64,000 bases of DNA from Candidatus Poribacteria bacterium (GTDB lineage Bacteria > Poribacteria > WGA-4E > PCPOR2b): contig JAGWBT010000002.1 in NCBI GenBank assembly GCA_021295755.1, forward strand, positions 7,256 to 71,255, written 5' to 3'. Both the position numbers and the translations under genes were made by a program. Below are positions 1 through 10,006 of this stretch, piece by piece; the stretch's first letter is position 1, and every line of letters begins with the position of its first letter. A model generated the notes under the pieces. That model worked only from the letters and a program-made list of their open reading frames with translations, was not told the DNA's origin and made no database searches.

Positions 1-194
1 GGATTGCATGATTCTCACCCGTTTCGGCGAGGATCGAAGATTTCAAGTTACTGTACCAAACCCGCGGAGCGCGGTCAAGTCGAAAAAATCGATGTTTTTT
101 TCAACGATAGATTTAACCTTGACGCAGTTTAGGGGGCGTGATATAGTTTTATCGATTTCCGCATTCCCGCATACGCAGAAAGCGAGAAATACCG

Positions 195-1343
195 ATGCCC
201 ATCATGGCTGAACCAAACCTCAAGACCGCTCGCCTTGGTGGCGTGGATGTACCCTCCGCTGATACTCTCAAAACGATGCACCACAGTTCCTACATTCTCC
301 ATGCTCGTGCCGGGAAGTTGAGCGAGGTTCCGGTCGAAAAGGTGCTGCTGCCGCCAGATCGGGAAACAAGTCCGCAGGCAATTCAGCTTGTTAAAGCACC
401 TAACGGCACAGTATATGCCAATCTCGGTAACATTATTTGCAAGAGCAGCGATGGGGGAAGGACGTGGGCAGCATATGATAAAGGTCCTGTCCGCGGGGTT
501 TTTGAAGTCCTCAAGGACGGTACATTCATCGGCTTAGGGAGTGAAGGTGAACATCCGAACACGAAGGTGGTCATCCACTCATCGGCGGACGAAGGGCGGA
601 CGTGGCGGAAGATCGGCGAAGTTCCGAACCCGGCGGGACACTGGGGCAGTGGATCGTGGATTTTTCGTCTGCCGGATGAGACGCTACTAGCGGCAATTGG
701 TCATGTAAATCACGTCTTTGAGCAAGCGGGGACGAGATTGGTCTACAAATCGGGCGGGGGCGACCTGTTCGTATATCGTTCAACTGATAGCGGACAGACG
801 TGGATGGATCCAGTCCGTGTGCATGATTGGACAAGCGAAGGTGGTGTTACGCTGACTCCGTCGGGCAAATTGGTCGCGGCGCAACGTTACCAACGACCCA
901 TGCTGCCCGATGATCCACCCGATCTGGAGCAGCGGACTGGCAGCGCAAATCCCGGTTGGCCCTATAAGCATGTGTGTGTGGTCGAATCCGATGATTGGGG
1001 TCGCACATGGAGGGACTTTCGTCAACTCGCAACGGTGTTCGGGCAAACGCGCGGCGATCCCGTAGCGTTAGGTGATAGCACCGTGATTGTTGTTCACGAC
1101 ACACGCTACGGCCCCGGACCGCCGGGTAGCCGGGCGATGATCAGCCGTGATGAGGGCAGCACATGGGAGGACGAGGTGTACTACCTAGATTACACCACAT
1201 TCACCGGCAGTTATGCCGACAGTGTTACGCTTGCGGACGACTGCATCCTATCCGTGGTCGGCTCTAGTCAGGCGGGCAACAGCTGGGAGGCAGTGCGGGA
1301 TAACACCGATTTTTACGCTATACGCTGGCGCCCGGTGGAATAG
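195..1343 (+). CDS. BNR/Asp-box repeat beta-propeller protein (sialidase-like glycoside hydrolase fold)
   Basis: 382-aa ORF with five Asp-box motifs S-x-D-x-G-x-T-W (SSDGGRTW, SADEGRTW, STDSGQTW, ESDDWGRTW, SRDEGSTW). No signal peptide. Confidence 0.7.
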   Translation: MPIMAEPNLKTARLGGVDVPSADTLKTMHHSSYILHARAGKLSEVPVEKVLLPPDRETSPQAIQLVKAPNGTVYANLGNIICKSSDGGRTWAAYDKGPVRGVFEVLKDGTFIGLGSEGEHPNTKVVIHSSADEGRTWRKIGEVPNPAGHWGSGSWIFRLPDETLLAAIGHVNHVFEQAGTRLVYKSGGGDLFVYRSTDSGQTWMDPVRVHDWTSEGGVTLTPSGKLVAAQRYQRPMLPDDPPDLEQRTGSANPGWPYKHVCVVESDDWGRTWRDFRQLATVFGQTRGDPVALGDSTVIVVHDTRYGPGPPGSRAMISRDEGSTWEDEVYYLDYTTFTGSYADSVTLADDCILSVVGSSQAGNSWEAVRDNTDFYAIRWRPVE

Positions 1344-1351
1344 TCGAAGGC

Positions 1352-2380
1352 ATGAGGATGAGCCAGTTAAATCAGGTGATAGAGCAGACTGTCAGTGAAA
1401 CGAGTTTTTCAGGCGTGATTTTTGTTAAACTCAATGGAACCGTAGAATTTGAAAATGCCTACAACTATGCAGATAGGAGCAATAAAATTCCGAATACGGT
1501 TGACACCCGTTTCGGAATAGCGTCAGGAACCAAGTTCTTGACTGCGCTTGGCATAGGAAAACTGGTTGATCGTGGCGAACTCTCTTTAGCTTCAAGGTTG
1601 TGTGACTGTGTAAATATTGATTTTCCGAATATATCAGAAGATGTCACTATCCACCATCTCTTAACCCATACTTCTGGGGTTTATGACTATTATGATGAGG
1701 AACTTATTGAGGATGTCGATAATTTTCAATTGGATATCCCCTGCTTTGAACTAAAAGGTCTCAAGGATTACATACCGCTATTTCGTGACGGGAACATGAA
1801 GTTTAACCCAGGGGAAAGGTTTTCCTACTCAAACGGAGGGTTTATTCTACTGGGAATCGTCATTGAGGAAATCTCAGAAACTCCCTATATCGACTTTATA
1901 CAAGAAAATATCTTTGAGTTATGCGAAATGAGCGATTCGGGATTTTTTGCGATGGACCGTTTGCCAGAACGTACGGCTAGCGGATATATTGACGGGGAAG
2001 AGGGGTGGAGAACCAACATTTTTACCTTACCAATTATCGGATCATCTGATGCAGGGGCTTTCACAACAGTAAAAGATATGGACAAGTTGTGGGGGGGCTT
2101 TTTTGAGGAAAAAATCCTTTCTAAACGGTTGACGAACCTATTTTTGGAAAAGGCGGTCAAAGACAGAGATAATAGATTTTACGGTCACGGTGTCTGGATT
2201 TACCATGAGCAGAGTAAAGCTCCAGTTCATTATCTCATAGGTTGGGATGCCGGCGTTTCTTTCAAGAGCACATGCCTTGCAAGGGATACAATTATAATAG
2301 TAATCTCTAATACGTCAGCTGGTGCGTGGGCGATAGATCGCGAAATCATGAAACAGTTGAGGACTTACGCAGTTTCATAA
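1352..2380 (+). CDS. serine hydrolase, beta-lactamase/penicillin-binding-protein family
   Basis: 342-aa ORF with S-x-x-K active-site motif (ASGTKF) and Y-x-N motif (FSYSNGG), typical of class C beta-lactamase-like serine hydrolases. Its start overlaps the stop of the upstream gene. Confidence 0.75.
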   Translation: MRMSQLNQVIEQTVSETSFSGVIFVKLNGTVEFENAYNYADRSNKIPNTVDTRFGIASGTKFLTALGIGKLVDRGELSLASRLCDCVNIDFPNISEDVTIHHLLTHTSGVYDYYDEELIEDVDNFQLDIPCFELKGLKDYIPLFRDGNMKFNPGERFSYSNGGFILLGIVIEEISETPYIDFIQENIFELCEMSDSGFFAMDRLPERTASGYIDGEEGWRTNIFTLPIIGSSDAGAFTTVKDMDKLWGGFFEEKILSKRLTNLFLEKAVKDRDNRFYGHGVWIYHEQSKAPVHYLIGWDAGVSFKSTCLARDTIIIVISNTSAGAWAIDREIMKQLRTYAVS

Positions 2381-2381
2381 G

Positions 2382-2399
2382 TCCCCCTGATAAGGGGGA
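2382..2399 (+). terminator. short GC hairpin after the hydrolase stop (CCCCCT-GATA-AGGGGG)
   Basis: 6-bp perfect stem with a 4-nt loop, 2 nt after the TAA stop. The following U-tract is weak (AUUUAG), so terminator function is uncertain. Confidence 0.3.
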
Positions 2400-2464
2400 T
2401 TTAGGGGGTTAAATAAAAACACTCATGTTAAGACTCATGTTAAGAATTAGTGTAACAGCATTGA

Positions 2465-3520
2465 CCTACCTCAAAAACCGTAGGCGGGGCATCTGGTTTC
2501 CTCGCCCTTAACGCGTTCATCGTAATTGCACTCCGCTTTTTCATCTCCCTTGCCATTGAGCAGGAGCCGGATAGTACCGCAGACAACTTTGGGATTAAGC
2601 CGCTGCCGAATCTGGAGACACCCTTTATCGCAGCAAACACGCTCATCGGTCTTGAAGAGGAGCGAAACCTGACAAGTACCAAAGCGAAAGCTTTAGAGCG
2701 GGAATTGGCTGATAACCGCGAGCGGCATTTCCACGCCACAACACGCCCGCAGAAGCTGGCGTGTAAGCGAGCGGACAAAAAATTGCGTCGAGCCTTGGCG
2801 ACAAAATTAAAGCATATCGGGAGGCCTCTTGATGATGCGGAAAAAATTGCCCGTTGGGACCCCTACGACCAAAATGCAAGTGCAGATTGGTTTGATCCGG
2901 AGTGGATGTTTGGTATCGGGGAGAGGTTTGCAGAAGCAGAAGATATTTTTGCTAGTACTTATCCTGCCATCCACGCACACTTTGAGTCCTTTCGAGAGAA
3001 ACTGATTAACCGATACGATCAGGGGAAATACTTCTGGGAGTTGCGAGCGTGTGCATATTGGGAGGAATTTCAGCAACCAAAGATTGTTTATCCTGATATA
3101 GCGCAAGGTACGGCGTTTGCCTTTGATGATAGCGGTTATTTTTGGGGAAATACTTCGTATCTCTTACCAACGAAGGAAATGTGGCTTCTCGGTTTACTCA
3201 ACAGCAAAGCCATTTTCTGGTTTTACACAAAGACAAGCACACAGATTCGGGGTGGGTTCGTGAGATTTATCGCTCAATATGTATCTCAAATCCCTATTCC
3301 TCCTATCAAGCCAGCGCAGAAAGCATCTATCAGCAAAATTGTCAATCAGATCCTCGCCACCAAACGCGCTAATCCAGACGCCGATGTATCCGACCTTGAA
3401 AATGAGATTGATCAGATAGTATACTTGTTGTACGATCTCACCCCTGAAGAAATTAAAATTGTAGAGGGAACAGAAAAATGTCTGAATCACGGATTAGACA
3501 GATTACACAGATTGCGCTGA
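2465..3520 (+). pseudogene. 5'-truncated type IIG restriction-modification / N6-adenine methyltransferase gene, C-terminal TaqI-like target-recognition portion only
   Basis: The reading frame is open from the stop at 2462-2464 to 3520 (352 codons). No ATG or RBS lies near its 5' end; the first in-frame start is TTG at 2705. The translated C-terminal region (YFWELRACAYWEEFQQPKIVYPDIAQGTAFAFDDSGYFWGNTSY...PEEIKIVEG) matches the C-terminal specificity domain of MmeI/Eco57I-type enzymes. The N-terminal nuclease and methyltransferase motifs are absent. Confidence 0.5.
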
Positions 3521-3575
3521 TTTTTTAATCCGTGTAATCCCTGAATCCGCGATAATCAGCGATTCAGACAGAGAT

Positions 3576-3900
3576 AGGAGTTACGCACATGGTCAGAAAA
3601 TAGGTTATAATAACGCAAGTTGCTAGACCGTATTGACATTTATGTGGAATCTTACTCATAAATCGAGGTGAATATGGCATCAGCAAACCTTCATCGAGCT
3701 AATATGGCAGGTCAGCAAACCGTTCACAGGCAACCGCTTTAGCATAGCGCCCATCTGTAAAACCGCTCAAGTATAGTGGCCATCAGGATTCTCGGCACAC
3801 CCGACAATCTATAAATACCCGTATAGGGCATTGAAAATATTTTTTTTACCTGTCAGTGCCCTGCCAAACCGCTGAATCGTGGTGGCGTGCAATGTCCATA
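3576..3900. repeat. copy A of an intergenic repeat family (partial copy of the element at 53706-54149)
   Basis: 3579-3629 (GGAGTTACGCACATGGTCAGAAAATAGGTTATAATAACGCAAGTTGCTAGACCG) is about 90% identical to 53709-53759. 3848-3890 (ACCTGTCAGTGCCCTGCCAAACCGCTGAATCGTGGTGGCG) is about 75% identical to 54037-54080. Confidence 0.5.
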
Positions 3901-3993
3901 GTCAGACCACTTGGCTCCATTCGTGATCGGTAAAATTCTGGGTATTTTGTTGAGTATGATTTATTCAATTTAAGGGATATTAGTTCAGCGAAT

Positions 3994-4602
3994 ATGAAAA
4001 TTGCAGTTTTAGCTTCCGGCAGCGGAACCAATTTGCAGGCGTTAATTGATCAGCTCCACCACGAGAAAAATAGTGGGGTTAAAATCGCTGCGGTGATTAG
4101 TGATCGGAGAAAAGCTTACGCGCTCACTCGTGCCAAGGAAGCGGGTATTCCTACCTATGTGGTGAGGGTACGGGATTTTCCGGATCGAGATGCGTTTGAT
4201 GCAGGAATTTCGAGAATTCTTGACAAGTACGAAGTAGAGCTAATTGTTCTGGCGGGCTTTATGAAGCTGTTCCAACCAGCGTTTGTGCGGAAGTACCACA
4301 ACCGTATCATCAATATCCATCCGTCCCTACTGCCCGCGTTTCCGGGGGCGTACCCTGTGCGAGATACGCTGGCGTATGGCGTTAAGGTCAGCGGCGTAAG
4401 CGTTTTCTTTGTAGATGAAGGGGTTGATGCTGGACCTATCATCGCACAGGCTTCGGTGCCCGTATTCGACGATGATGATGAAGAAAGCCTGCTCAAGCGG
4501 ATTCATATTGAAGAGCATAAACTGTATCCACAGGTTGTTCGATGGTATGCGGCTGGTGCCCTTGAAATTGTTGGCAGAAAAGTCCTTGTGAGGGAGTCGT
4601 AA
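3994..4602 (+). CDS. purN: phosphoribosylglycinamide formyltransferase
   Basis: 202 aa with N-terminal MKIAVLASGSGTNLQALID and the formyltransferase signature NIHPSLLPAFPG. Confidence 0.9.
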   Translation: MKIAVLASGSGTNLQALIDQLHHEKNSGVKIAAVISDRRKAYALTRAKEAGIPTYVVRVRDFPDRDAFDAGISRILDKYEVELIVLAGFMKLFQPAFVRKYHNRIINIHPSLLPAFPGAYPVRDTLAYGVKVSGVSVFFVDEGVDAGPIIAQASVPVFDDDDEESLLKRIHIEEHKLYPQVVRWYAAGALEIVGRKVLVRES

Positions 4603-4603
4603 A

Positions 4604-5539
4604 ATGTTGGCTATTTCGACCATGTGGAACGCTTTGAGACAACCGGATGGGGCAGCGCTGCTTGACGAACTCAAGGAACTTGGATTTGATGCGATTGAAC
4701 TCAGCCGACACCTGACACGAGCACAGATTGAGCAGATTAAGCCTCACCTAGCGACGACACAGATCTGTTCTATTCACAACTTTTGTCCTGTTTTGCATGG
4801 TCTCCCACAATCCGAAGCGGAGAGTGATCCGATTCACTTGGCAAGTCTTGATGCGGATACGCGGAACGAAGCGGTTAAACAGACGATTCGGACGATGGAG
4901 TTGGCGGTCGAGATCGAAGTCCCAATCGTTGTGCTTCACTTGGGTAAGGTAGACACCTACGATCGTTCCTACCTGATGTATGATTTCTACGAATATGGCG
5001 AGCGGGAATTTGAGGCATTTAGGACGAAGGTGGAGGAAGCGACCGAGTGGCGTAAACGCAAGGAGGCGAAGCATCAGGATGCTGTGCTGTTTAGCCTTGA
5101 TGCGTTGAATGAAATGGCTTTGCGGATGAAGGTCTACTTAGCTATTGAGAATCGCCCACGCTACTATCAGATCCCCAATTTTGACGAGGTTGGGTTGTTC
5201 TTAGAAAAGTTCAAGGGAAGCAATATGCGGTATTGGCACGATGTCGGACACGCCATGCTTCAGGAGCGGGTGGGACTTTGTTGGTCACATCGTTGGCTGG
5301 AGAGATACACAGAAAACCTGATCGGCGTGAATTTGCACGACCTCAAGGACCTTGAGGCTTATCACCCGCCGGGATCTGGGGACCTTGACTTTGAAGAGAT
5401 CTTGGCGCAGATTCCACAAGATACGCTAACCGTTTTGGAGGTCCGAGATGCACCGGCGGAACAACTTGTTGAGGTGAGGGAAGAGTGGCAGTTATGGCGG
5501 AAACCCGAAAAACAGGATGGAGAAGACGGGCGCAGCTAG
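4604..5539 (+). CDS. sugar phosphate isomerase/epimerase (xylose isomerase-like TIM barrel) family protein
   Basis: 311 aa starting 2 nt after the purN stop, so probably co-transcribed. The N-terminal pattern ISTMWNALRQ...GFDAIELS is typical of AP-endonuclease-2/xylose-isomerase-like TIM barrels. Confidence 0.55.
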   Translation: MLAISTMWNALRQPDGAALLDELKELGFDAIELSRHLTRAQIEQIKPHLATTQICSIHNFCPVLHGLPQSEAESDPIHLASLDADTRNEAVKQTIRTMELAVEIEVPIVVLHLGKVDTYDRSYLMYDFYEYGEREFEAFRTKVEEATEWRKRKEAKHQDAVLFSLDALNEMALRMKVYLAIENRPRYYQIPNFDEVGLFLEKFKGSNMRYWHDVGHAMLQERVGLCWSHRWLERYTENLIGVNLHDLKDLEAYHPPGSGDLDFEEILAQIPQDTLTVLEVRDAPAEQLVEVREEWQLWRKPEKQDGEDGRS

Positions 5540-5792
5540 AAATATGCAGTTGAAATGAGCGGGGTAACACGATGACATGTGGTTATCCCGACACACTAAT
5601 TTTAGGGTAAACTACCCCACAAAGCCCACAACGAAACGGTTTTTAACTTGGCATCGTTGATGCATATAGACATCATCAATCTATTCTGAGCTATTTTTTT
5701 ATAACTTCGGTATAGGGTTAAACGGGATTCAGAGATTGGCTCCCAATCCAAGCCGAAGTGAAACACAGATTCTTACGTTAGGAGAATTCATC

Positions 5793-7058
5793 ATGGATAG
5801 ACTCATCATCAACGGTGGTAAGCAGCTTAAAGGTACAATTCCAGTCAGTGGCTCTAAAAACGCAACGCTTCCTATTGCCGTTGCAGCGGCGATTCTAGCA
5901 GATGGTTCTAGCGTTATTCATAACGTTCCCAGTCTGAGGGATATTGATAGCCTCTGTGCGGTACTTGAAGTGCTGGGGGCGACGACGAAGTTAGAGAATT
6001 CAACACTCTATATTGAACCGGGGAACCGAATTGCTTACGAAGCACCCTATGACCTGGTCCGGAAGATGCGAGCATCAATTTATGTACTGGGTCCCCTCGT
6101 CGCACGTTTAGGTATCGCAAAAGTCTCTTTCCCTGGTGGCTGTGCTATCGGTCCACGTCCGGTAGACTTGCACCTGAAAGGGTTGCAGCAGCTCAGTGCA
6201 GAGGTTGAGATTGACAGTGGCTATATCATAGCACGGACGAATGGGTTGGTCGGTGCGGAGATGTATTTGAGAGGACCGCACGGCTCAAGCGTTGGAGCAA
6301 CTGCAAACGTCATGATGGCTGCATCGTTGGCAGACGGTACAACGACTATTCGTGGAGCTGCCTGCGAACCGGAGGTCGCTGATCTAGCAAATTTCCTCAA
6401 TGCGATGGGGGCAGAGATCAAAGGGGTTGGCACCTCTACCTTGACAATAGATGGTGTCAAACAGCTTCACGGTACGGAATATACTGTCATTCCAGATCGC
6501 ATCGAAGCAGGAACGTTCATGGTTGCGGGCGCTATTACGAAAGGAGACGTTTTTGTGAAGGATGCCCCTGTAGAACACCTTGGTGCTACCTCCGAAAAAT
6601 TAGTTGAGACAGGTGTTGAGTTGGATTGGACGGATAATGGCGTCCGCGTGAGGGCACCACGAGAACTTCGTGCAATCAATATCGCCACTGATACATATCC
6701 GGGCTTTCCCACAGACATGCAGGCGCAGATGATGGGCCTCCTCAGTATCGCACCGGGTATTAGCACTATTACGGAAGGCATTTACTTAGATCGCTTCATG
6801 CACGCGAGCGAACTCAATCGAATGGGAGCGGATATTCGCGTCGAAGGAAACCGTGCGATGGTACGTGGTAAGCTCAGACTTAGTGGTGCGCCTGTCATGG
6901 CGTCAGACCTCCGTGCGGGTGCGGTGCTTGTTCTCGCTGGCATGGCAGCGGTAGGCGAAACGGTTGTTTCCCGTATCTATCATATTGACCGTGGATATGA
7001 AAATATTGAGCAGAAACTGGCGGGTATTGGCGCGGATATTACCCGGGTGAGTGACTAA
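5793..7058 (+). CDS. murA: UDP-N-acetylglucosamine 1-carboxyvinyltransferase
   Basis: The ATG at 5793 is preceded by GGAGAA. MDRLIINGGKQLKGTIPVSGSKNATLPI is the canonical MurA N-terminus. The 57 upstream in-frame codons are judged to be 5' leader. Confidence 0.9.
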   Translation: MDRLIINGGKQLKGTIPVSGSKNATLPIAVAAAILADGSSVIHNVPSLRDIDSLCAVLEVLGATTKLENSTLYIEPGNRIAYEAPYDLVRKMRASIYVLGPLVARLGIAKVSFPGGCAIGPRPVDLHLKGLQQLSAEVEIDSGYIIARTNGLVGAEMYLRGPHGSSVGATANVMMAASLADGTTTIRGAACEPEVADLANFLNAMGAEIKGVGTSTLTIDGVKQLHGTEYTVIPDRIEAGTFMVAGAITKGDVFVKDAPVEHLGATSEKLVETGVELDWTDNGVRVRAPRELRAINIATDTYPGFPTDMQAQMMGLLSIAPGISTITEGIYLDRFMHASELNRMGADIRVEGNRAMVRGKLRLSGAPVMASDLRAGAVLVLAGMAAVGETVVSRIYHIDRGYENIEQKLAGIGADITRVSD

Positions 7059-7073
7059 AAATCTATACGAACG

Positions 7074-8396
7074 TTGACAAGAAATGAGGAATTTTCTGTG
7101 ATCGCCATTCTTGATGCCCACTCGGACGAAGCAGCGGCTTTCATCGAAAAACTTAATCTGCGTGGAGGATTAGAAGATCCAAACATTCTGAGGACTGTCC
7201 GTAAAACTTTGCAAGATGTCCAAAGGGAGGGCGATCGAGCTGTTATTAAATATACACGCAAGCTTGACGCTCCACGAATCACTGTCAAAGAGATGCGAGT
7301 CACAGACGCAGAGATTGATGATGCATCTGCGCAGGTCGATTCAGAATTCCACGATGCGGTCAGGCTTGCGCGGACGAACATTGAGCGATTTCATCAGAAG
7401 CAGCTACGAAATTCATGGTTGTCCACAGAAGCAGATGGCGTCGTTTTAGGACACCTCATCCGTCCGTTAAGACGTATCGGTGTATGTGTTCCGTCCGTAA
7501 GTCAGTTGTTGGTTTCTTCGCTGATAATGAATCTGGTTCCTGCGAAGGTCGCGGGTGTTGAGGAGATTGCGGTCTTCATGGGACCGATGCGAAATCGGAA
7601 AATTGACCCACACATGCTGGTCGCTGCGGCATCATGTGATGTCCGTGAGATTTACAAGTGTGGCGGTGCACAAGCAGTTGGTGCGATGGCTTACGGGACA
7701 GACACCGTTCCGAAGGTGGATAAAATCGTCGGTCCGGGTAATTTATATGTCCAACTTGCGAAGAAAGAGGTCTATGGTCCTGTCGATATTGACAAGTTGG
7801 CGGGCCCCAGTGAAGTCCTGATTATCGCTGATCACACCGCAAATCCCGCCTATGTTGCAGCAGACCTAATTTCGCAAGCAGAACACAGCGTGGAATGTTC
7901 CGCCATTCTCATTACAACATCAAGAGAAATTGCAGAGCAAGTTTGTGCTGAGATTGAACGACAGGCTCAAAAGCTGCCCCGCCAATCTGAACTGACCGGT
8001 GCTTTTGAAAACTACGGTGTAGCGTTCGTTGTTGCAGATTTAGCCGAAGCAGTAGAGATTGCCAACGAAATCGCACCTGAACATGTCGAATTAGAGGTAG
8101 AAAATCCAATCGAATGGGTTGGTTCCATCCGTAATGCGGGAGCAATTATGCTGGGACCCTACACCCCCGAATCCGTTGGCGACTACATCGCCGGTCCCAA
8201 TCACATCCTGCCTACCGGTGGGGCGGCGAAATACGCATCGCCGCTGAGTGTTGATGACTTCCTAAAAAAAACAAGTATTATCTCCTATACCAAAACCGCC
8301 TTAGAAAAGGTCACGCCGGCTGTTGTCAAACTTGCTCAAATTGAGGGGCTTCAGGGACACGCGGAAGCGATGAAGATCCGATCCAATAAACATTAG
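7074..8396 (+). CDS. hisD: histidinol dehydrogenase
   Basis: 440-aa ORF with HisD motifs throughout (e.g. GPGNLYV, AGPSEVLIIAD, QAEHS). The true start may be the GTG at 7098, which follows a GAGGA ribosome-binding site. Confidence 0.88.
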   Translation: MTRNEEFSVIAILDAHSDEAAAFIEKLNLRGGLEDPNILRTVRKTLQDVQREGDRAVIKYTRKLDAPRITVKEMRVTDAEIDDASAQVDSEFHDAVRLARTNIERFHQKQLRNSWLSTEADGVVLGHLIRPLRRIGVCVPSVSQLLVSSLIMNLVPAKVAGVEEIAVFMGPMRNRKIDPHMLVAAASCDVREIYKCGGAQAVGAMAYGTDTVPKVDKIVGPGNLYVQLAKKEVYGPVDIDKLAGPSEVLIIADHTANPAYVAADLISQAEHSVECSAILITTSREIAEQVCAEIERQAQKLPRQSELTGAFENYGVAFVVADLAEAVEIANEIAPEHVELEVENPIEWVGSIRNAGAIMLGPYTPESVGDYIAGPNHILPTGGAAKYASPLSVDDFLKKTSIISYTKTALEKVTPAVVKLAQIEGLQGHAEAMKIRSNKH

Positions 8397-8513
8397 AACC
8401 GGATCAACGTCAAATACGAACGATTGGAAGAGAAGAAGGGAGAGCAACCTGCCGATCCTTTTTTGCCCCTCCAATTCCCTATTTCCCATTTCATGCAAAG
8501 GAGGTTTTTCTGC

Positions 8514-9242
8514 ATGTCACCTCTCCGGTTGGTCTGTGCGACAATCTATACCGGCATCCTTACTTTCGCCGGCACAGAATCTCATCCGTCTAATTCTAAA
8601 GTGCATGACCGCCTCATCACAACCTTTTCAATCGTTGGGCGCGATCCGGAGAATGGCGATCTTGGTGTTGCTGTTCAATCCAAGTTTTTTGCCGTTGGAG
8701 CCGTTGTGCCGTGGGCAAAGGCGGGTGTGGGGGCGGTGGCGACCCAATCGTGGACAAATACGACCTATGGAGCAAAAGGTTTGGTACTTCTGGAAAACGG
8801 ACTCACGTCCCAACAAGCGTTGGACCAGCTAGTTGCCGGGGATGATGGCAAATCGCAGCGTCAGGTCGGCATTGTTGATTCAGACGGTAACGTCGCTAAC
8901 TACACCGGCGATGAATGTCTTGACTGGGCGGGCGCGCGCAGCGGAGAGAATTACTCCGCACAGGGCAACCTACTGGCGGGCAAAGCGGTGGTCGATGCGA
9001 TGGGTAAGACGTTCGAGGAAACAGAGGGAGAACTGGCAGAAAAACTGATGGCGGCACTGATTGCGGGGCAGGAAAAAGGTGGGGATCGGCGTGGACAGCA
9101 GGCGGCAGCGTTGCTCGTCGTACGTGAGAACGGTGGAGAGGGTGGTTTTAATGATCGGTATATCGATCTACGAGTTGATGACCATAAGCAGCCAATTAAA
9201 GAGTTGCATCGGCTGCTAAAAATTCAATTGAGTATGCGGTAA
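8514..9242 (+). CDS. DUF1028 family protein (Ntn-hydrolase-like), secreted
   Basis: The ATG at 8514 follows AAAGGAGG. A signal peptide is followed by TFSIVGRDPENGDLGVAVQSKFFAVGAVVPWAKAGVGAVATQS, characteristic of DUF1028. Confidence 0.6.
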   Translation: MSPLRLVCATIYTGILTFAGTESHPSNSKVHDRLITTFSIVGRDPENGDLGVAVQSKFFAVGAVVPWAKAGVGAVATQSWTNTTYGAKGLVLLENGLTSQQALDQLVAGDDGKSQRQVGIVDSDGNVANYTGDECLDWAGARSGENYSAQGNLLAGKAVVDAMGKTFEETEGELAEKLMAALIAGQEKGGDRRGQQAAALLVVRENGGEGGFNDRYIDLRVDDHKQPIKELHRLLKIQLSMR

Positions 9243-9263
9243 GACTAGGAAACTATAAAATTA

Positions 9264-9935
9264 TTGGCAATCTGCGCTAAATTTTCTGATGATTTGCAAA
9301 TGAAAACAGCACTACCCCCTGCAGCCTTTGCACGAATTGATGAAACCGATGATCGCCTGTTTTACACCGAACCCCGTATCGTGACCCATATTGACGACAA
9401 CGCAATCGCTGTAATTAAGGAATTTTTCGATCAAACCTTACCGAGAAATACCGTCATATTAGACCTGATGAGCAGTGCCTTCTCCCACCTACCCGAAGGG
9501 TTCCCCGCTCAACGTATAGTCGGATTGGGATTGAATGCAGTAGAACTTCAAGTCAATCCTGTCCTTGACGAATATGTAATTCATGATCTCAATGCCGATC
9601 CAACCCTCCCTTTTGACGATAGGGAATTTGCAGCGGTAATCATGACTGTTTCGATGCAGTATCTGACAAAGCCAGTCAAGGTTTTTCGTGAGGTGCATCG
9701 CATTCTTCAGCCAGATGCTCCGTTCATCGTCATTTTTTCCAATCGTCTGTTCCCAACGAAAGCAGTCTACATCTGGCGTGTAACCTCTGACGGTGAGCAC
9801 GCCGAATTGGTGCAGCATTACTTCCGTTTGGCGGGCGGCTATGCGGAAGTCACATTTTTGGATTGCACCCCACAGACCGATGAATACACGGATCCTGTGT
9901 ATATCGTTATGGCGAATAAGTCTGAGGGATCTTAG
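9264..9935 (+). CDS. class I SAM-dependent methyltransferase-like protein (degenerate glycine-rich motif)
   Basis: Rossmann-like strand order is present (VILDLMSS, VIHDLNADPTLPF, PDAPFIVIF), but the usual DxGxGxG motif is replaced by DLMSSA. The start may be at 9300 (MKTALPP). Confidence 0.45.
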   Translation: MAICAKFSDDLQMKTALPPAAFARIDETDDRLFYTEPRIVTHIDDNAIAVIKEFFDQTLPRNTVILDLMSSAFSHLPEGFPAQRIVGLGLNAVELQVNPVLDEYVIHDLNADPTLPFDDREFAAVIMTVSMQYLTKPVKVFREVHRILQPDAPFIVIFSNRLFPTKAVYIWRVTSDGEHAELVQHYFRLAGGYAEVTFLDCTPQTDEYTDPVYIVMANKSEGS

Positions 9936-10006
9936 ATACGACAAACAACTGATTTTTTTATATTCGATAGTTTGACAAAACTACGGTGAAAGGAGAATTC
10001 TGAATC

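Noticed and set aside
8-211. 67-aa ORF at the window start
   Set aside because: No motif and a low-complexity product. It overlaps the likely promoter/5' region of the BNR gene.
383-1104. Antisense ORFs (383-574, 571-834, 780-1046, 847-1104 on the minus strand) inside the BNR-repeat gene
   Set aside because: They lie entirely within a well-supported + strand CDS, have no motifs, and are typical shadow ORFs of GC-rich codon position 3. The same reasoning applies to the many 60-150-aa antisense or alternate-frame ORFs inside htpG, yidC, argH, mnmE, the DUF5916 paralogs, the ABC transporter and the Reg_prop gene.
5540-5792. Intergenic region upstream of murA inspected for tRNA/riboswitch
   Set aside because: No cloverleaf-compatible arms or known riboswitch consensus were recognisable by eye. 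There is only a weak imperfect hairpin (GGGTAAC…GTTATCCC), so nothing was called.
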